From the IMG/VR virus record IMGVR_UViG_3300004807_000018, positions 18,170 to 82,169 of that record: a DNA stretch of 64,000 nucleotides; one strand, 5' to 3'. The notes under the pieces were generated by a model, which was not told where the DNA came from, ran no database searches, and was given only the letters and a program-made list of their open reading frames with translations. Origin of the DNA: a virus. The position numbers were made by a program, and so were the translations under genes. Every line of letters starts with the position of its first letter. Positions within the stretch are counted from its first letter, which is position 1. Below, piece by piece: positions 16,790 to 26,784 of the stretch.

Positions 16790-17266
16790 TTACTCCCTGT
16801 CCCTGTCCCAAATCAGAAGGGCCGCCTGATCGCCACCGATTTGGCTTAGCCGCTTCAGGTGCCTGTTCAGCGTCTTGATGAGGACGATGTTTTCATCGAG
16901 GTACCGGTCGCAAAACTCCTCAAGTGCTTTAGTCGGACCGGCAGAGGCGGAAACGCTTTGCCAGCCTTCTTGGGCCTCTTGAACGGCAGACATGATCTGC
17001 TGGTAGCAGTCCTCAAGGCTGGTCGCGGTGCAGGGGCAGTCGGCTACGCCAGGCACCGATACGGGCATAGCAGCGTAGTCGGCAATGAACTTGCAGACTC
17101 CCTTGACGTGCTTGCGGCATTCCTTGGAAAACCGACCAAGCCACTTGTGGGAGCCTTGCCACTCTTCGGTTTTTGCCCACAGGGACAGTGCGAGGCCAAG
17201 CGAATGGGCCCGCATCTCGATTTCGGCTTGTCGCCTTAGCAATGCGCTTTGTTCGGGGGTGATCAT
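16790..17266 (-). CDS. Ferritin-like protein
   Basis: 158 aa; Q..IE..A....L.L.LW....W.G...W.....KE...H and a C-terminal RL..IGGD.AALLIWDR resembling bacterial FtnA. Confidence 0.7.
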   Translation of the reverse strand: MITPEQSALLRRQAEIEMRAHSLGLALSLWAKTEEWQGSHKWLGRFSKECRKHVKGVCKFIADYAAMPVSVPGVADCPCTATSLEDCYQQIMSAVQEAQEGWQSVSASAGPTKALEEFCDRYLDENIVLIKTLNRHLKRLSQIGGDQAALLIWDRDRE

Positions 17267-17290
17267 GATCGTGAGGGAGCAAAATGAGCA

Positions 17291-17320
17291 GGGGTCCGAA
17301 GCGGTATTGCTTCGGACCCC
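17291..17320. terminator. 12-bp stem hairpin, possible terminator of the inserted gene block
   Basis: GGGGTCCGAAGC-ggtatt-GCTTCGGACCCC. Confidence 0.55.
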
Positions 17321-17349
17321 TGGGGGTGTGATCAGAGCTAAGCTTTGGG

Positions 17350-18286
17350 TCAGCCGGTCGTAACCGGACCTGGGGCAAGAGGAATGCTTCCGCTTCCAGA
17401 CTTGTCGCCCTTCACCATCATCGACGCGGCAATCAGAGTGGTCGCCAGCGCCTCAGCAGAGGACGGAGAGATCGGGATGTCGAGCTTCTGGTCGTCCCAC
17501 TCGACAACTACGTGGACGTTGTGGTCGCTGGCCGTAAGGACCAGGATCTTGACGTCGCTAACCCGGTTCTTTGGCGATAGGTGTTCGTGCGGTACAAGCA
17601 TCAGTAAACTTTTCCTCTGGCCGTCTGGCCCATCACCACGTCACGGACGTAGACGTCTTGGCTGTCGCCGTGGTCTTCGATCTTCATGACCCAGGACCAA
17701 ACGTCGTTGACAAAACAGCGCTCGCCTTCCCTGGTGTGCTTTGTCGGCCAGTCCTCTAGGACCATCAAGGGAGTGAGAGGCGGATCGCCTTCTTCAAGCT
17801 GCGGTGGGTCGTTGTCCCAGTAGCGAATGGTGCAGGGCATCAGGCCCGCGCCTTCCGTTTTTTCAGGGTGTAGGCAACCTGCCACAACCCATGTACGCAA
17901 CGGTAGTCGTGGTCAAGGACGCCGACTTTGGTAAACCAAGCGAATAGCCCAACCCATAAGAAACTGGCGCACCAAACAAGGGTGAGCCAGACCGAAAGCC
18001 GCAACGCATTGAGATTGCCCTCGCAATAGATCGAGTTGCACAAGAGCAGCCGCGAACAGGCACTTACGTTTGCTGGAAGTGGAACTTTTACGAAAGCGTG
18101 TGGAACAATGCCTTGGCCCTCTAGCTCTCTGCTCACCGCAATCGGAAGCCAGCGCCATCCGCCGTCTTCATAGGTCAGATGCTTTTGGTGCGGGTCAAAC
18201 CGACAAATACGAGACCTGACCGAAAACGCGCCAATTGGGATGCGCGAACAGGTGTACGCGCGATTGACGTGGATTGTACTGGCCAT
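17350..18286 (-). CDS. Three small coupled hypothetical genes (17350..17601, 17601..~17841, 17840..18286)
   Basis: Stop/start overlaps on the late strand; no recognisable motifs. Confidence 0.45.
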
Positions 18287-19254
18287 CAGTTGCTCTGAAC
18301 GAAGCCTGAACGTGAAGGCTCAGGGACTGCGGAATGAAGCAAGTCAATGATTGGCGTCCAGTTTAGAGTGAGCGAAATTCCGTGCTCTTTCAGATGCTTG
18401 CACAGCAGACTATGTCGCTCGGCTCCCGAGAGTGAGGCTAGCAGCGTCTTAGCAAACTCCACGAACCACACGCCTGAGTCCGAAACTCCATGGCAATACA
18501 CCCTGACCCTGTCGCCCAGGTCGTCCAACTCAAACTTCGGTTTTTGGTCAGAGCTCTCGCCAGTTGAAACAACAGGCTTGCCCAGTTTTGCTAGTTTTGT
18601 CTGCGCTGCAAGTACCGCTAGTTCAACCAAATCTGCGACAACTTTCATCTCCTCGCGTCCAGCAGCGCCCGGGCCTTTATTTTCCTGGCAGAACTTGCGG
18701 ATCTGATCTGCGCCGGTGATCCGTAGGTCCGCATTGAGTTCGAAACCGGTGATCTTTGAGTGTTTAAGCCCAGATACAAAGACCCTGGCCAATTCATCTG
18801 CGATGATGCTGTATTCACACCGGATGTAGCTGTACGGCGAGTTGGGGTCTGGTTTAAGCTTATGAACACCTACTTGCGCAGCGATGTCCGAAATATATCC
18901 AGCGGGTTGCGTGGGGCTGACACTCTCATAGCATTTGAGGAACTGGTCCTCAGTCAGCACTGACAACGGGCGATAGTGCCCTCGCATCAGCAAAAGATAG
19001 TCGCCTGGCTTGCCCTGGTAGTTGGTCCCGCAAATCCTGAGAAAACGCCCTTGACCATCAAAAGCCGCTTCAACAACATATTCCAACTGGCGCTTCGACC
19101 AGTCAAACAAACTTTGAAGGAATTCAGGCGTGATTAAGTCGTGCGCCGGAATTTGAACCGCTTCAAACTTCTCAGTTTCGCGCACTACTTGGATCTCAAG
19201 TCCACTCGTTGAAGGCGTTACGCCGTTGCCGACAGATGCTTGGTTTTCGCTCAT
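18286..19254 (-). CDS. Hypothetical protein with N-terminal 'PGDY'-type phage domain
   Basis: EAVQ...GKPGDYLL.....P......F.KCYE motif common in small phage proteins. Confidence 0.6.
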   Translation of the reverse strand: MSENQASVGNGVTPSTSGLEIQVVRETEKFEAVQIPAHDLITPEFLQSLFDWSKRQLEYVVEAAFDGQGRFLRICGTNYQGKPGDYLLLMRGHYRPLSVLTEDQFLKCYESVSPTQPAGYISDIAAQVGVHKLKPDPNSPYSYIRCEYSIIADELARVFVSGLKHSKITGFELNADLRITGADQIRKFCQENKGPGAAGREEMKVVADLVELAVLAAQTKLAKLGKPVVSTGESSDQKPKFELDDLGDRVRVYCHGVSDSGVWFVEFAKTLLASLSGAERHSLLCKHLKEHGISLTLNWTPIIDLLHSAVPEPSRSGFVQSN

Positions 19255-19320
19255 GGTTTATCGGGAAAGAGCGAGGAAGTACTCGCCGCTCTTTGGGTCA
19301 GGTCCCTTGTGAGGGACAAG

Positions 19321-20745
19321 TTAGTCGTCTTGGTCCGCGAGCACTCCCTCGCCTGGACCGGCCAGTTGATTGCCATCGCCGTTGTCGACCATCGCCGTGG
19401 TCGGATCCTTTGGCGCTTCTGCTGCTTGCCGCTGAGTGCCTTCCGCTTGGCCCATGGGGCGCGTTCCCTTTGGCACCTGAATCTGGTCTCCGCCGTCGAC
19501 CTTGCCCATGCCGATCCTTGCGCGTCCCTCGTCGGGGGTAAGGGGAGGCACACCGCAGAGCACTGCGATTTCCTTGAGCAAGATGTCCTTGAGGGCCTCG
19601 ATCTTGGACTCGTCGTACATGATCACTTGGCCGTTTTTGCCAAGCTCAGGAATCAGGTTGCTTGTAAGCTGCCGAGCCCGCCTTCTGGCGTAGGGGATCA
19701 CGAACGAACGGAACGTTAGATCGATCGCGGCTTCGATCGACGCGCGATTGTTGGACTCTCTGAGCCCGGTGCCCATGCCAACCACGACTGGCTGAATGCC
19801 AAACACGGCGCAAAGCCTCTGCTCTGCTTTCCCGGTCGTGTATTCGAGCCCGAGGGACTTGGGATCAAACTGAAGCTGCCCGACCTCAAGCGGAATGTTC
19901 GAGACGAGAACCGACCCTTTGCCGTCGCGCGTGAGCTGCTGTCTAAACCGGTTTTCGAGTTGCTTTGCTTGACCAGGCCCAAACTCGAAGATCGGCTGGA
20001 AGCTGTCTTCCGCGGTGTAGTTGCTCGGATACTGTTTAGGTGTGATCAGCGCCGACGCGACTGCCCCGTTCGCAAGGATCGCCGCCTCGTGGCGGGCTGC
20101 CAGCATGTCCGATGCTAGTTCAGGGATCGCCGCGTAAAGCGGAGACATCCCGTAGACCGGCCAAACCGGATCCATCATGTACCGCATGTGCAGGATGTCG
20201 CACGGAGGAATGCGGTAGTAGCCGTTGACCGTGCTGACCCGGTACTCGGAAACGAACTCACCCGTTCCAGGCCAGGTGTAGGGATAGCACGAGTTTTCAG
20301 GAAGAAACTCAAGTGCGATCACCTTATTGGTGCGCGGATGCCTGTGCTTGTAGGCGTAGCTGTTGCCCCAAGCCATCTCCGTGAACACGGAAAGCTGGCT
20401 TAGGTCCGTGCCGTCGTACCACGGGTTTGGCCGCTCCAGGAGCACCGTGGCCGGATGGTGCTCGATGAGCTCGTACTTGTTGCCGCCAAGATCCCAATAC
20501 GTTTCGAGCGGGATTGCCTCGATCTGCCGAACCGCGAACGAGATGATGGAAAAGACGATCGACGAGTTGTAACGAAGGCTTGTTGCCTCGTTCCAGTCGA
20601 TTCCTCCGGCCAGGGTCTGCTGGTACTGCCCGAAGTAGGTGCCTGCTCCGTAAGAACCGCCCGTAATGCTTGCGACCGTGTTGCCACGCCTTGCCGCACT
20701 GACCAGCGCACTGGCGAACTGGCTGACCCTTTGTCCAATGCTCAT
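19321..20745 (-). CDS. Portal protein, HK97 family
   Basis: HP...LL.RPNP, GNSY, ILHMR, YGMSPL, LCAVFGI.P..VG, TPDEGR..IG motifs. Confidence 0.95.
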   Translation of the reverse strand: MSIGQRVSQFASALVSAARRGNTVASITGGSYGAGTYFGQYQQTLAGGIDWNEATSLRYNSSIVFSIISFAVRQIEAIPLETYWDLGGNKYELIEHHPATVLLERPNPWYDGTDLSQLSVFTEMAWGNSYAYKHRHPRTNKVIALEFLPENSCYPYTWPGTGEFVSEYRVSTVNGYYRIPPCDILHMRYMMDPVWPVYGMSPLYAAIPELASDMLAARHEAAILANGAVASALITPKQYPSNYTAEDSFQPIFEFGPGQAKQLENRFRQQLTRDGKGSVLVSNIPLEVGQLQFDPKSLGLEYTTGKAEQRLCAVFGIQPVVVGMGTGLRESNNRASIEAAIDLTFRSFVIPYARRRARQLTSNLIPELGKNGQVIMYDESKIEALKDILLKEIAVLCGVPPLTPDEGRARIGMGKVDGGDQIQVPKGTRPMGQAEGTQRQAAEAPKDPTTAMVDNGDGNQLAGPGEGVLADQDD

Positions 20746-20896
20746 TTTTGCGGTTCATCCTGCCCAGCGATAATGCCGTCCACGACCTTGGTGAAAAACC
20801 GGTGTGCGAGAACGGATCCAATGACCACCGGGGCCAGCGCAAGCAGTCCGGCCGCTACGCCAAGCAGCACGCCGAACACGGGGAGAAAAGTTGTCA

Positions 20897-22342
20897 TCAG
20901 TAGACGCCGATCTTCTTGCGGGTTGGTGCGGTGCGCTCAGCCATCGCGTCGGCCAAAGCGTCTACCCAGTCGTCGTTGCGTCCTCTCGGGAACGCGCGAA
21001 GTTCTTCAATGAAGTCTTTCGCGTACTTGGAGTTTAGTAGCTTCAAATTGCCAGCGTTGACCTGCGCTGCTGAGGGCTCGGCTCTTAGTTCCTTGTCTCC
21101 GGAGACAGGAAGCACGACCACGCTGTAACCAGCGTGCAGAGCAAGGAACTTCTGGGCCGACTCCTTGCCCGCTGCGCCTGGATCCTGAGGACCACGGATG
21201 CGCGAAGGCTTTCGAAGGTCGGCTTCCTGCCGGATGCGCCTGTTGCGCTTATTCGGCTCGTGCTGGAAGCGCACGACGTCCGCATAGAAGATCCCGTCTG
21301 AATCCGGCCCGAAAAGCTCGACACCAGCAGTCCAGTCTCCGTCGTCCTCTGTCGCGCCAAGGTCCCACGCAAGGCAGCTTTTAAGCCCTGCGGGTATCGC
21401 CTCGACGATCTCAATCTTGTCCGGATGGAATAGCGATCCTTCTGGAGGAGTCGGGTTGCCCTGGAACAAGGCTTCAAACTTATGGGCGCCCGCGTCCTTG
21501 AGCTGCTGAAGAATGAACTTCTTCGGTTTTTGCTCTGGCCACAGCGGCTCGCCGACTTCTCTGCCGAGAACGTCGCCTTCCACGGCAAGAGCCGGGAAGT
21601 TGATGACGGTCCAGCCGTGATCAGGCTGGGCGGTCAGCCGCCCAATGAGGTCGTCTTCGTGCCAGCGCGTGGCAATAATAACGACGATCGTGTCCGGCCA
21701 GAACCGCTGGACGATTGCGCCGGTGTACCACTCCCAAATGTTCTCCCGAATGGTTTCGGAAGAAGCTTCCTCCCAGCTCTTGATCGGGTCATCAATGATG
21801 ATCAGCCGGAGCCTAGGGATACCGGTAGGAGGCGTTCCAACACCCCGAACCGAGACCGTCCCGCCAGTGGTGAAGGACCACTCATCGAGCGCTGTCGCGT
21901 CCGAAGAGAGAATGCCACGCTCGTGCGCCAGGTCCCTTGCAGGTTTGCTAAGCTGCTTTTCGGCAAACCGCTGGTTGTATCCCGTGAGAAGCGCGTTCTC
22001 GCCCGGGAAGTGCTCGCCCCAGTAGACCGGCAAGCGTCGGGTGATCGTGTCAGACTTGGCGTGCTGCGGAGGCATCGAGAGGATGACCCGCTGCAGACGA
22101 CCCTCGATGATCTCTTGGACTACCTCCTCGCACAGCCAATCAATGTGGTGCGGAACGAGGTAGTAGCTGGGAATCGTGGTGTCGTACCACTTCCTGTAGG
22201 TTGGCCTTGTGCTAGCTTTCGCCAGAACCTTAGCCTGAATCTGCTCCTTGATCGGGATCCCGCGCCGGGCCGCTTCCGCGAGCCTCTCGGACAAAGGAAT
22301 CGCATTGAGGGGAATTCGCGAGCTCCTGCCAAATCGACTCAA
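20897..22342 (-). CDS. terL: Terminase large subunit
   Basis: MPPQHAKS (Walker A variant), IIIDDPIK (Walker B), TRWHEDDL, AWDLGA, FPRGRNDDWVDA. Start codon uncertain. Confidence 0.95.
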   Translation of the reverse strand: MSRFGRSSRIPLNAIPLSERLAEAARRGIPIKEQIQAKVLAKASTRPTYRKWYDTTIPSYYLVPHHIDWLCEEVVQEIIEGRLQRVILSMPPQHAKSDTITRRLPVYWGEHFPGENALLTGYNQRFAEKQLSKPARDLAHERGILSSDATALDEWSFTTGGTVSVRGVGTPPTGIPRLRLIIIDDPIKSWEEASSETIRENIWEWYTGAIVQRFWPDTIVVIIATRWHEDDLIGRLTAQPDHGWTVINFPALAVEGDVLGREVGEPLWPEQKPKKFILQQLKDAGAHKFEALFQGNPTPPEGSLFHPDKIEIVEAIPAGLKSCLAWDLGATEDDGDWTAGVELFGPDSDGIFYADVVRFQHEPNKRNRRIRQEADLRKPSRIRGPQDPGAAGKESAQKFLALHAGYSVVVLPVSGDKELRAEPSAAQVNAGNLKLLNSKYAKDFIEELRAFPRGRNDDWVDALADAMAERTAPTRKKIGVY

Positions 22343-22799
22343 TGAGAGCCTCGTCCGTTGTATCGTTTAGGGTCAAATCGACCTTGGAAGTGTTGGAGAA
22401 TTTGCCTCCCACGAGTTGGGCCGCTGTCTCGACTGCATTGAGCAGCAAAGCGTGGTCGCCAGCTTCCCTTGCCTTGTTGGCTATCCCTTGGATTTCGAGA
22501 AGTTGGCCCTCCAGCGTGGCAATCGGGATGATCTTGATGTCCTGCTCAAGGTGCTGCTTTCGCACACGCTCAAACCGCTCAAGGAGCACTTTTCGAGCCC
22601 TGGAACCGTTGACTTGAATGTCGAACTTGATCGCAGGGTTGTCGAAATTGAGGGCGCTGATTGAGGATCGGACTGGAGTCGTCGTTCCAGGGAATACCGA
22701 TTGCCAGGATTCACGAATGTCCTTTGCAGACTGAAACACCGCAAAGGCATCGACGATGTAGTGAAGCTGGCGCGTTGAAAAGCCGGGGCCTTTGCTCAT
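22230..22799 (-). CDS. Terminase small subunit (DUF2280-like)
   Basis: Upstream of TerL; IV...A.F, F...R..., IPIA and E.AA..VGG.F.N pattern. Confidence 0.7.
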   Translation of the reverse strand: MSKGPGFSTRQLHYIVDAFAVFQSAKDIRESWQSVFPGTTTPVRSSISALNFDNPAIKFDIQVNGSRARKVLLERFERVRKQHLEQDIKIIPIATLEGQLLEIQGIANKAREAGDHALLLNAVETAAQLVGGKFSNTSKVDLTLNDTTDEALIESIWQELANSPQCDSFVREARGSGPARDPDQGADSG

Positions 22800-23449
22800 T
22801 AGATCCGCGCACCGCAGCCGCAGTACGCCTCCAGTTCGCCTCGCTTAAATCTGGGAGGCCTATTTAGCGCGTCGCCAAACTCTGCAAGCTGTCCGTTCCA
22901 AGCGCCGTAGCGACGAACGACGCCGGCGAACTCTTCAATATCGTGAGCGCGAGTGCACCAGACAGGGCTACCGTTCCGAAGAACCGGCATGCCGTACTCG
23001 GTCATCTCTTGCCCGCAGTGGTAAAGCTCGTGCTCGATGACTGCGCAGCGGCTCACGATGTCCGCATCGTAGAACCACGGGGCATTAAGCGTAATCAGGA
23101 AGTCCGGCCAGTTGTCCTGCGGATCCCAGGATTCCCTGCGTGCCCAACTCTGGATCAGTTCTGTCGATCGCCCTTGCGACCACTTTGCAACCTGTCCTTG
23201 CGGGACTTCGGCCTGTCCGGCGAGGATCTTTCCCTTTTCTTTCGCGCCATAGCTTGCCCACACGAACAGAATCTTCGCTTCGAGCAAATGCTGGTGGTCT
23301 TCGTTGTAGTACTGCGGGACGTCGCCCGTGATGAACATCTCTTCGGCCCATCTCCGAACTTCGGGGGCAGGCTCGAAGTGAATGCCGGAGCTTAAAACCG
23401 AGGCAGGAATAACCGGGAACTCAAGCTCAGACCCGCTACGCTTAGCCAC
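22799..23449 (-). CDS. Putative phage metallopeptidase
   Basis: IEHELYHCG (HExxH) and HDIEEF.GVVRRYG. Confidence 0.85.
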   Translation of the reverse strand: MAKRSGSELEFPVIPASVLSSGIHFEPAPEVRRWAEEMFITGDVPQYYNEDHQHLLEAKILFVWASYGAKEKGKILAGQAEVPQGQVAKWSQGRSTELIQSWARRESWDPQDNWPDFLITLNAPWFYDADIVSRCAVIEHELYHCGQEMTEYGMPVLRNGSPVWCTRAHDIEEFAGVVRRYGAWNGQLAEFGDALNRPPRFKRGELEAYCGCGARI

Positions 23450-23458
23450 CTCGCACCT

Positions 23459-23680
23459 TTAGTCGTTGCGGCTTACGCTTTCTCGCGCAAAAAACATGAG
23501 CGCAATGCAAATCGACACGGTCGAGACAAGCAGTTCTTGCTTAATCGATGCTTGATCCAAAGATTGCCCCGAAATCATCCACAGAGCGCAGCAGATCAGC
23601 ACCGATATCCCAAAGCTGAGCAGCAGAAAACAGGCGACCATTCCGACAAACGCGAAACAGTCGCCCAGGAACTTCCACAT
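23459..23680 (-). CDS. Small two-TM membrane protein
   Basis: Two hydrophobic stretches in 73 aa. Confidence 0.5.
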   Translation of the reverse strand: MWKFLGDCFAFVGMVACFLLLSFGISVLICCALWMISGQSLDQASIKQELLVSTVSICIALMFFARESVSRND

Positions 23681-24156
23681 TAGAATCCCCAGCTTCCGCC
23701 GACGATCAGCCCCGCGTTCGTAAGCGAGAGCTGATTGATCTGGAATGCTTTCGAGAGGTCCGCTTTCTCGCCGATCCCGCCGAAGAGGGAGAAATTGGAA
23801 TTGAAGTGGTATCGAACAACACCAGCAAAACCAGCGACGGCGCTTTCGTCCTTGACGTCATAACCCCCGAATAGATCGAAACCGACCGTGAGATTCGGTA
23901 CTTGACCAAAATTGAATCCCAGAAAGGACCACCCTTTTGCCAGAGGAGCGTAACTCTTGACCTCGTTGAGTGCGATTACGGCATCGTGGCCGCGCTGGAT
24001 GAACTCAGCGCCAGACCACGGGCCAGCGAACGGGTTAGATGTCGGTGCGGTTGCTTGCAGGCTCACCGCAAGAACTGGCTTTAGGGTTGGGGCACTGTCC
24101 GCAAACGAGCAGGCAGAAAGCACGGCGAGAAGGGCAAGACTAAGGAAGTGTTTCAT
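23680..24156 (-). CDS. Exported beta-strand protein, outer-membrane-barrel-like
   Basis: Signal peptide MKHFLSLALLAVLSACSFA; alternating G/aromatic strands; terminal ...GGSWGF. Confidence 0.6.
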   Translation of the reverse strand: MKHFLSLALLAVLSACSFADSAPTLKPVLAVSLQATAPTSNPFAGPWSGAEFIQRGHDAVIALNEVKSYAPLAKGWSFLGFNFGQVPNLTVGFDLFGGYDVKDESAVAGFAGVVRYHFNSNFSLFGGIGEKADLSKAFQINQLSLTNAGLIVGGSWGF

Positions 24157-24424
24157 AGATGCTCCGCAGCTTTTCGAAGCTGCTTGGTAAACCGCGAAGG
24201 CTTTCGCCTGCGGCAATTCCTGGTCATGTCGATCGGCACGGACGGTTCTTTAGCGAGTGCAGAGCCTGGCAAGCGCCAAGTCGGGGCCTCTACGCTTGGG
24301 ATGCATTCACCGGAGACGACTTCTTGCCCCTGCAAGGCTGGGCATGTGCAGACCGACAACCGCCTGGTGATCGTGTCGGACATGCCATGCCGTGCGGGCA
24401 TCAAAACGAAGCTGCTTGGCCCCA

Positions 24425-24775
24425 TTAGGCGCTGCGAACGATCGACAGATCGGCAACGAACTCAAGGCCTGCGTACTCGGCAAGGTCCGCGCCACGGCGA
24501 ACAAGGTAGGAGGCCTTCGAAAGGTCGATCGCCTCGACGAGATCGGCGGGAAGACCCTTGACGTTGTCGGTGATCGTCAGAGCGAGTTGCTCAGCGTCCT
24601 TTGCGCCCTGAACCTTGGCGGTCGCCTCGACGTTGATGCCGCTTCCGACTTCGAGGGAAACGACCTGATCGGGAAAGCTGGTGAGGGTTACCGGGTGACT
24701 GGCAAGGTGAAACACCTTGAGCTTGGTGTTTCCTTCGACGACGTACAGATCAGCGGTTGCGGTGTAGCTTGACAT
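24425..24775 (-). CDS. Hypothetical protein
   Basis: 116-aa ORF with AAGGA SD. Confidence 0.6.
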   Translation of the reverse strand: MSSYTATADLYVVEGNTKLKVFHLASHPVTLTSFPDQVVSLEVGSGINVEATAKVQGAKDAEQLALTITDNVKGLPADLVEAIDLSKASYLVRRGADLAEYAGLEFVADLSIVRSA

Positions 24776-25253
24776 GTTTGTTCCTTGGGGCTAGGCCCCG
24801 AATCCTAAAATCGTTTGGATGGCTAACGTCTGCGCCTGCCCGGTGACGCTGAGTCTCGAGCCTGCGCAATCTGTTCGATCTGCTTGTTGAGCGCCGAGAT
24901 CTCGGCCCTTGGTGAAATCAGATCGCCTTCTGCTTTGAGATCCGCATAGGGCTTGAGTGCACGCACAAGGACCACCGCTTCATACAGCGGGTCTTTGTGC
25001 CGAGTGCCGACGCAAAGCGAGCGAGACCACGCGGGATCACACTGGCGCGGATACTTGTCAAATTCACCCTCCGGCATGGGGGCGCATCTGACACGCTTGT
25101 CGATGACTTCGTTCATTGAGCGCGAGTCCTGATTGAATTGACTGTGGGCAGCTTTTGCGCTAGTCGCCGTAGCGCCGAACAACGTCCCCTAAACGTAGCT
25201 GCGAGTCGGTGGTCTCAGGGGACAATCTCCCACATGGGCCACAGTCAAACTGG

Positions 25254-25726
25254 TTAGAGAATGTCTCCCGTGAGCATTTCAGCAGGCAAATAGGCAGTCA
25301 TAAAGCGCATGCCTTCCTCGATCTTGACGGCCTGCTCGTCCTTGACAAACGTGCATTCAAGGGGCACACCGCGAACGTTCGTTGACCGAATGATAAACAG
25401 TCCCAACTCGTAGATCGGGCCATCTTTGCCCATTTGGATCTTTTCTGGAAGGCGCTTGCTTGCCATGGTCAACTGGCCTCGGCTGGAAGACAGATTTCGA
25501 CCTGACCGAAAACTTTGGCCGTGACGGGTTTGTTTTGGTCTTTAAGGAACAAGCAAGGAACCTGCGTCTTTGCCCCTGCAAGCAGGATCAACACTTCGAC
25601 CCACCCTTCTTCGTCGTTTGCAGACTTCGTTATGTGGGTAACGTCTTGGCCGTTGACTTTGACAACGATATCCCTGTGCTTGCCATTCGGAAACTCTGCC
25701 CGTACGGTTTTAGCGTCAATAAACAT
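25254..25726 (-). CDS. Two small hypothetical genes (25254..25466, 25469..25726)
   Basis: Coupled ORFs; both begin within the same 16-nt junction sequence. Confidence 0.55.
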
Positions 25727-25728
25727 GG

Positions 25729-26784
25729 TCAACTGGCCTTTTTGTGGCTGGTCTTGATGTGCGCGTGAGTCTCGTGTGTAGACATGCCCGGAGCCGCGAT
25801 CACAAGGCCCATTCTTGAAAGAGCATTGTGCAGACGTGGGTTCTGGAACCCTACGCAACCGCCGCCACGCTTGCGCTGCGAGACCATTCGGTTGATGTCA
25901 CCCACCAAAACCCAGGGGCTTGCAGCGTCGGCCGAGATTGCCCACTTCGCGTGATCGTGCGCTTCAGAGAAGGTGTAGGGCATGCCAACAGGCTGCATGC
26001 TCACGAACTTAATGTCAGCAACGCGGTGAATGCCGTCCTTGTCCGCGGTGGGAGCGATCTCACCACGGATCCACGTCTCGACGTCAAGGTCGACGCCAAG
26101 AGCACTGCCCACGCCGTCGTTCCAGAAATCGCCTCCCCACTCGCGGTTCTTGGCGAACAACTTGAACGGCATGCCGCCCAGCGTGGTGAGATCCAGCACG
26201 TCAAACGCGGGGTGCGGATGAGGCGTGAGATCCTTATGCCAAAGATCAAAAAGCGATTGTGGAACGTCCACGGTCACGGGCTCGACGCCGCCAGCAGAGT
26301 AAACCTGCGGCTCTTGGTGGCACAGCATCTGAGCAGCGATCAGCCCAAGAGTGTCCAGCGAGAGCGAAAGGCACAGGAACGTCTGCCCGTAAATCGGAGT
26401 TGGTGCAGCCTTCCCGCCAGGCACCGGAAACTTAGGCCACGAGTGAACCAGCAGGAACCCGGTCTTGCTCGCCGTATCCCAGCAGATCACGCCCTTGGTG
26501 TGGCCTAGCGATTCGTCGTCCGGGCCACCAGGCGTGCCGTCTGGCTTCTCGTCGTTGTACAGGATAAAGCTGGACCCAGTCACCCCAACTTGCGCGAGTG
26601 TCTCGTGAACTGCGCCCGAACCCTGGTCAAGCCTGTGAGGCGAAGCCGAAGGCACATCGCTTAGCGAGTCTGCATAGGCATACTCGTAGCCGCTGGCTCC
26701 GTTTTCACCCGCTAGCCGAGCGACCTTGTAGGCGAAAAACCAGTCGACAGGCTGGCCAGATTCATTGAGTGCTTGAATAGGCAT
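25729..26784 (-). CDS. Deoxyribonuclease II family (PLD superfamily) nuclease
   Basis: G.PVDWFFAYK, YND, GHTKGV, LVHSWPKFP, YGQTFLCLS, DHAKWAIS, GDINRMVSQRKRGGG; both HxK motifs intact. Confidence 0.9.
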   Translation of the reverse strand: MPIQALNESGQPVDWFFAYKVARLAGENGASGYEYAYADSLSDVPSASPHRLDQGSGAVHETLAQVGVTGSSFILYNDEKPDGTPGGPDDESLGHTKGVICWDTASKTGFLLVHSWPKFPVPGGKAAPTPIYGQTFLCLSLSLDTLGLIAAQMLCHQEPQVYSAGGVEPVTVDVPQSLFDLWHKDLTPHPHPAFDVLDLTTLGGMPFKLFAKNREWGGDFWNDGVGSALGVDLDVETWIRGEIAPTADKDGIHRVADIKFVSMQPVGMPYTFSEAHDHAKWAISADAASPWVLVGDINRMVSQRKRGGGCVGFQNPRLHNALSRMGLVIAAPGMSTHETHAHIKTSHKKAS

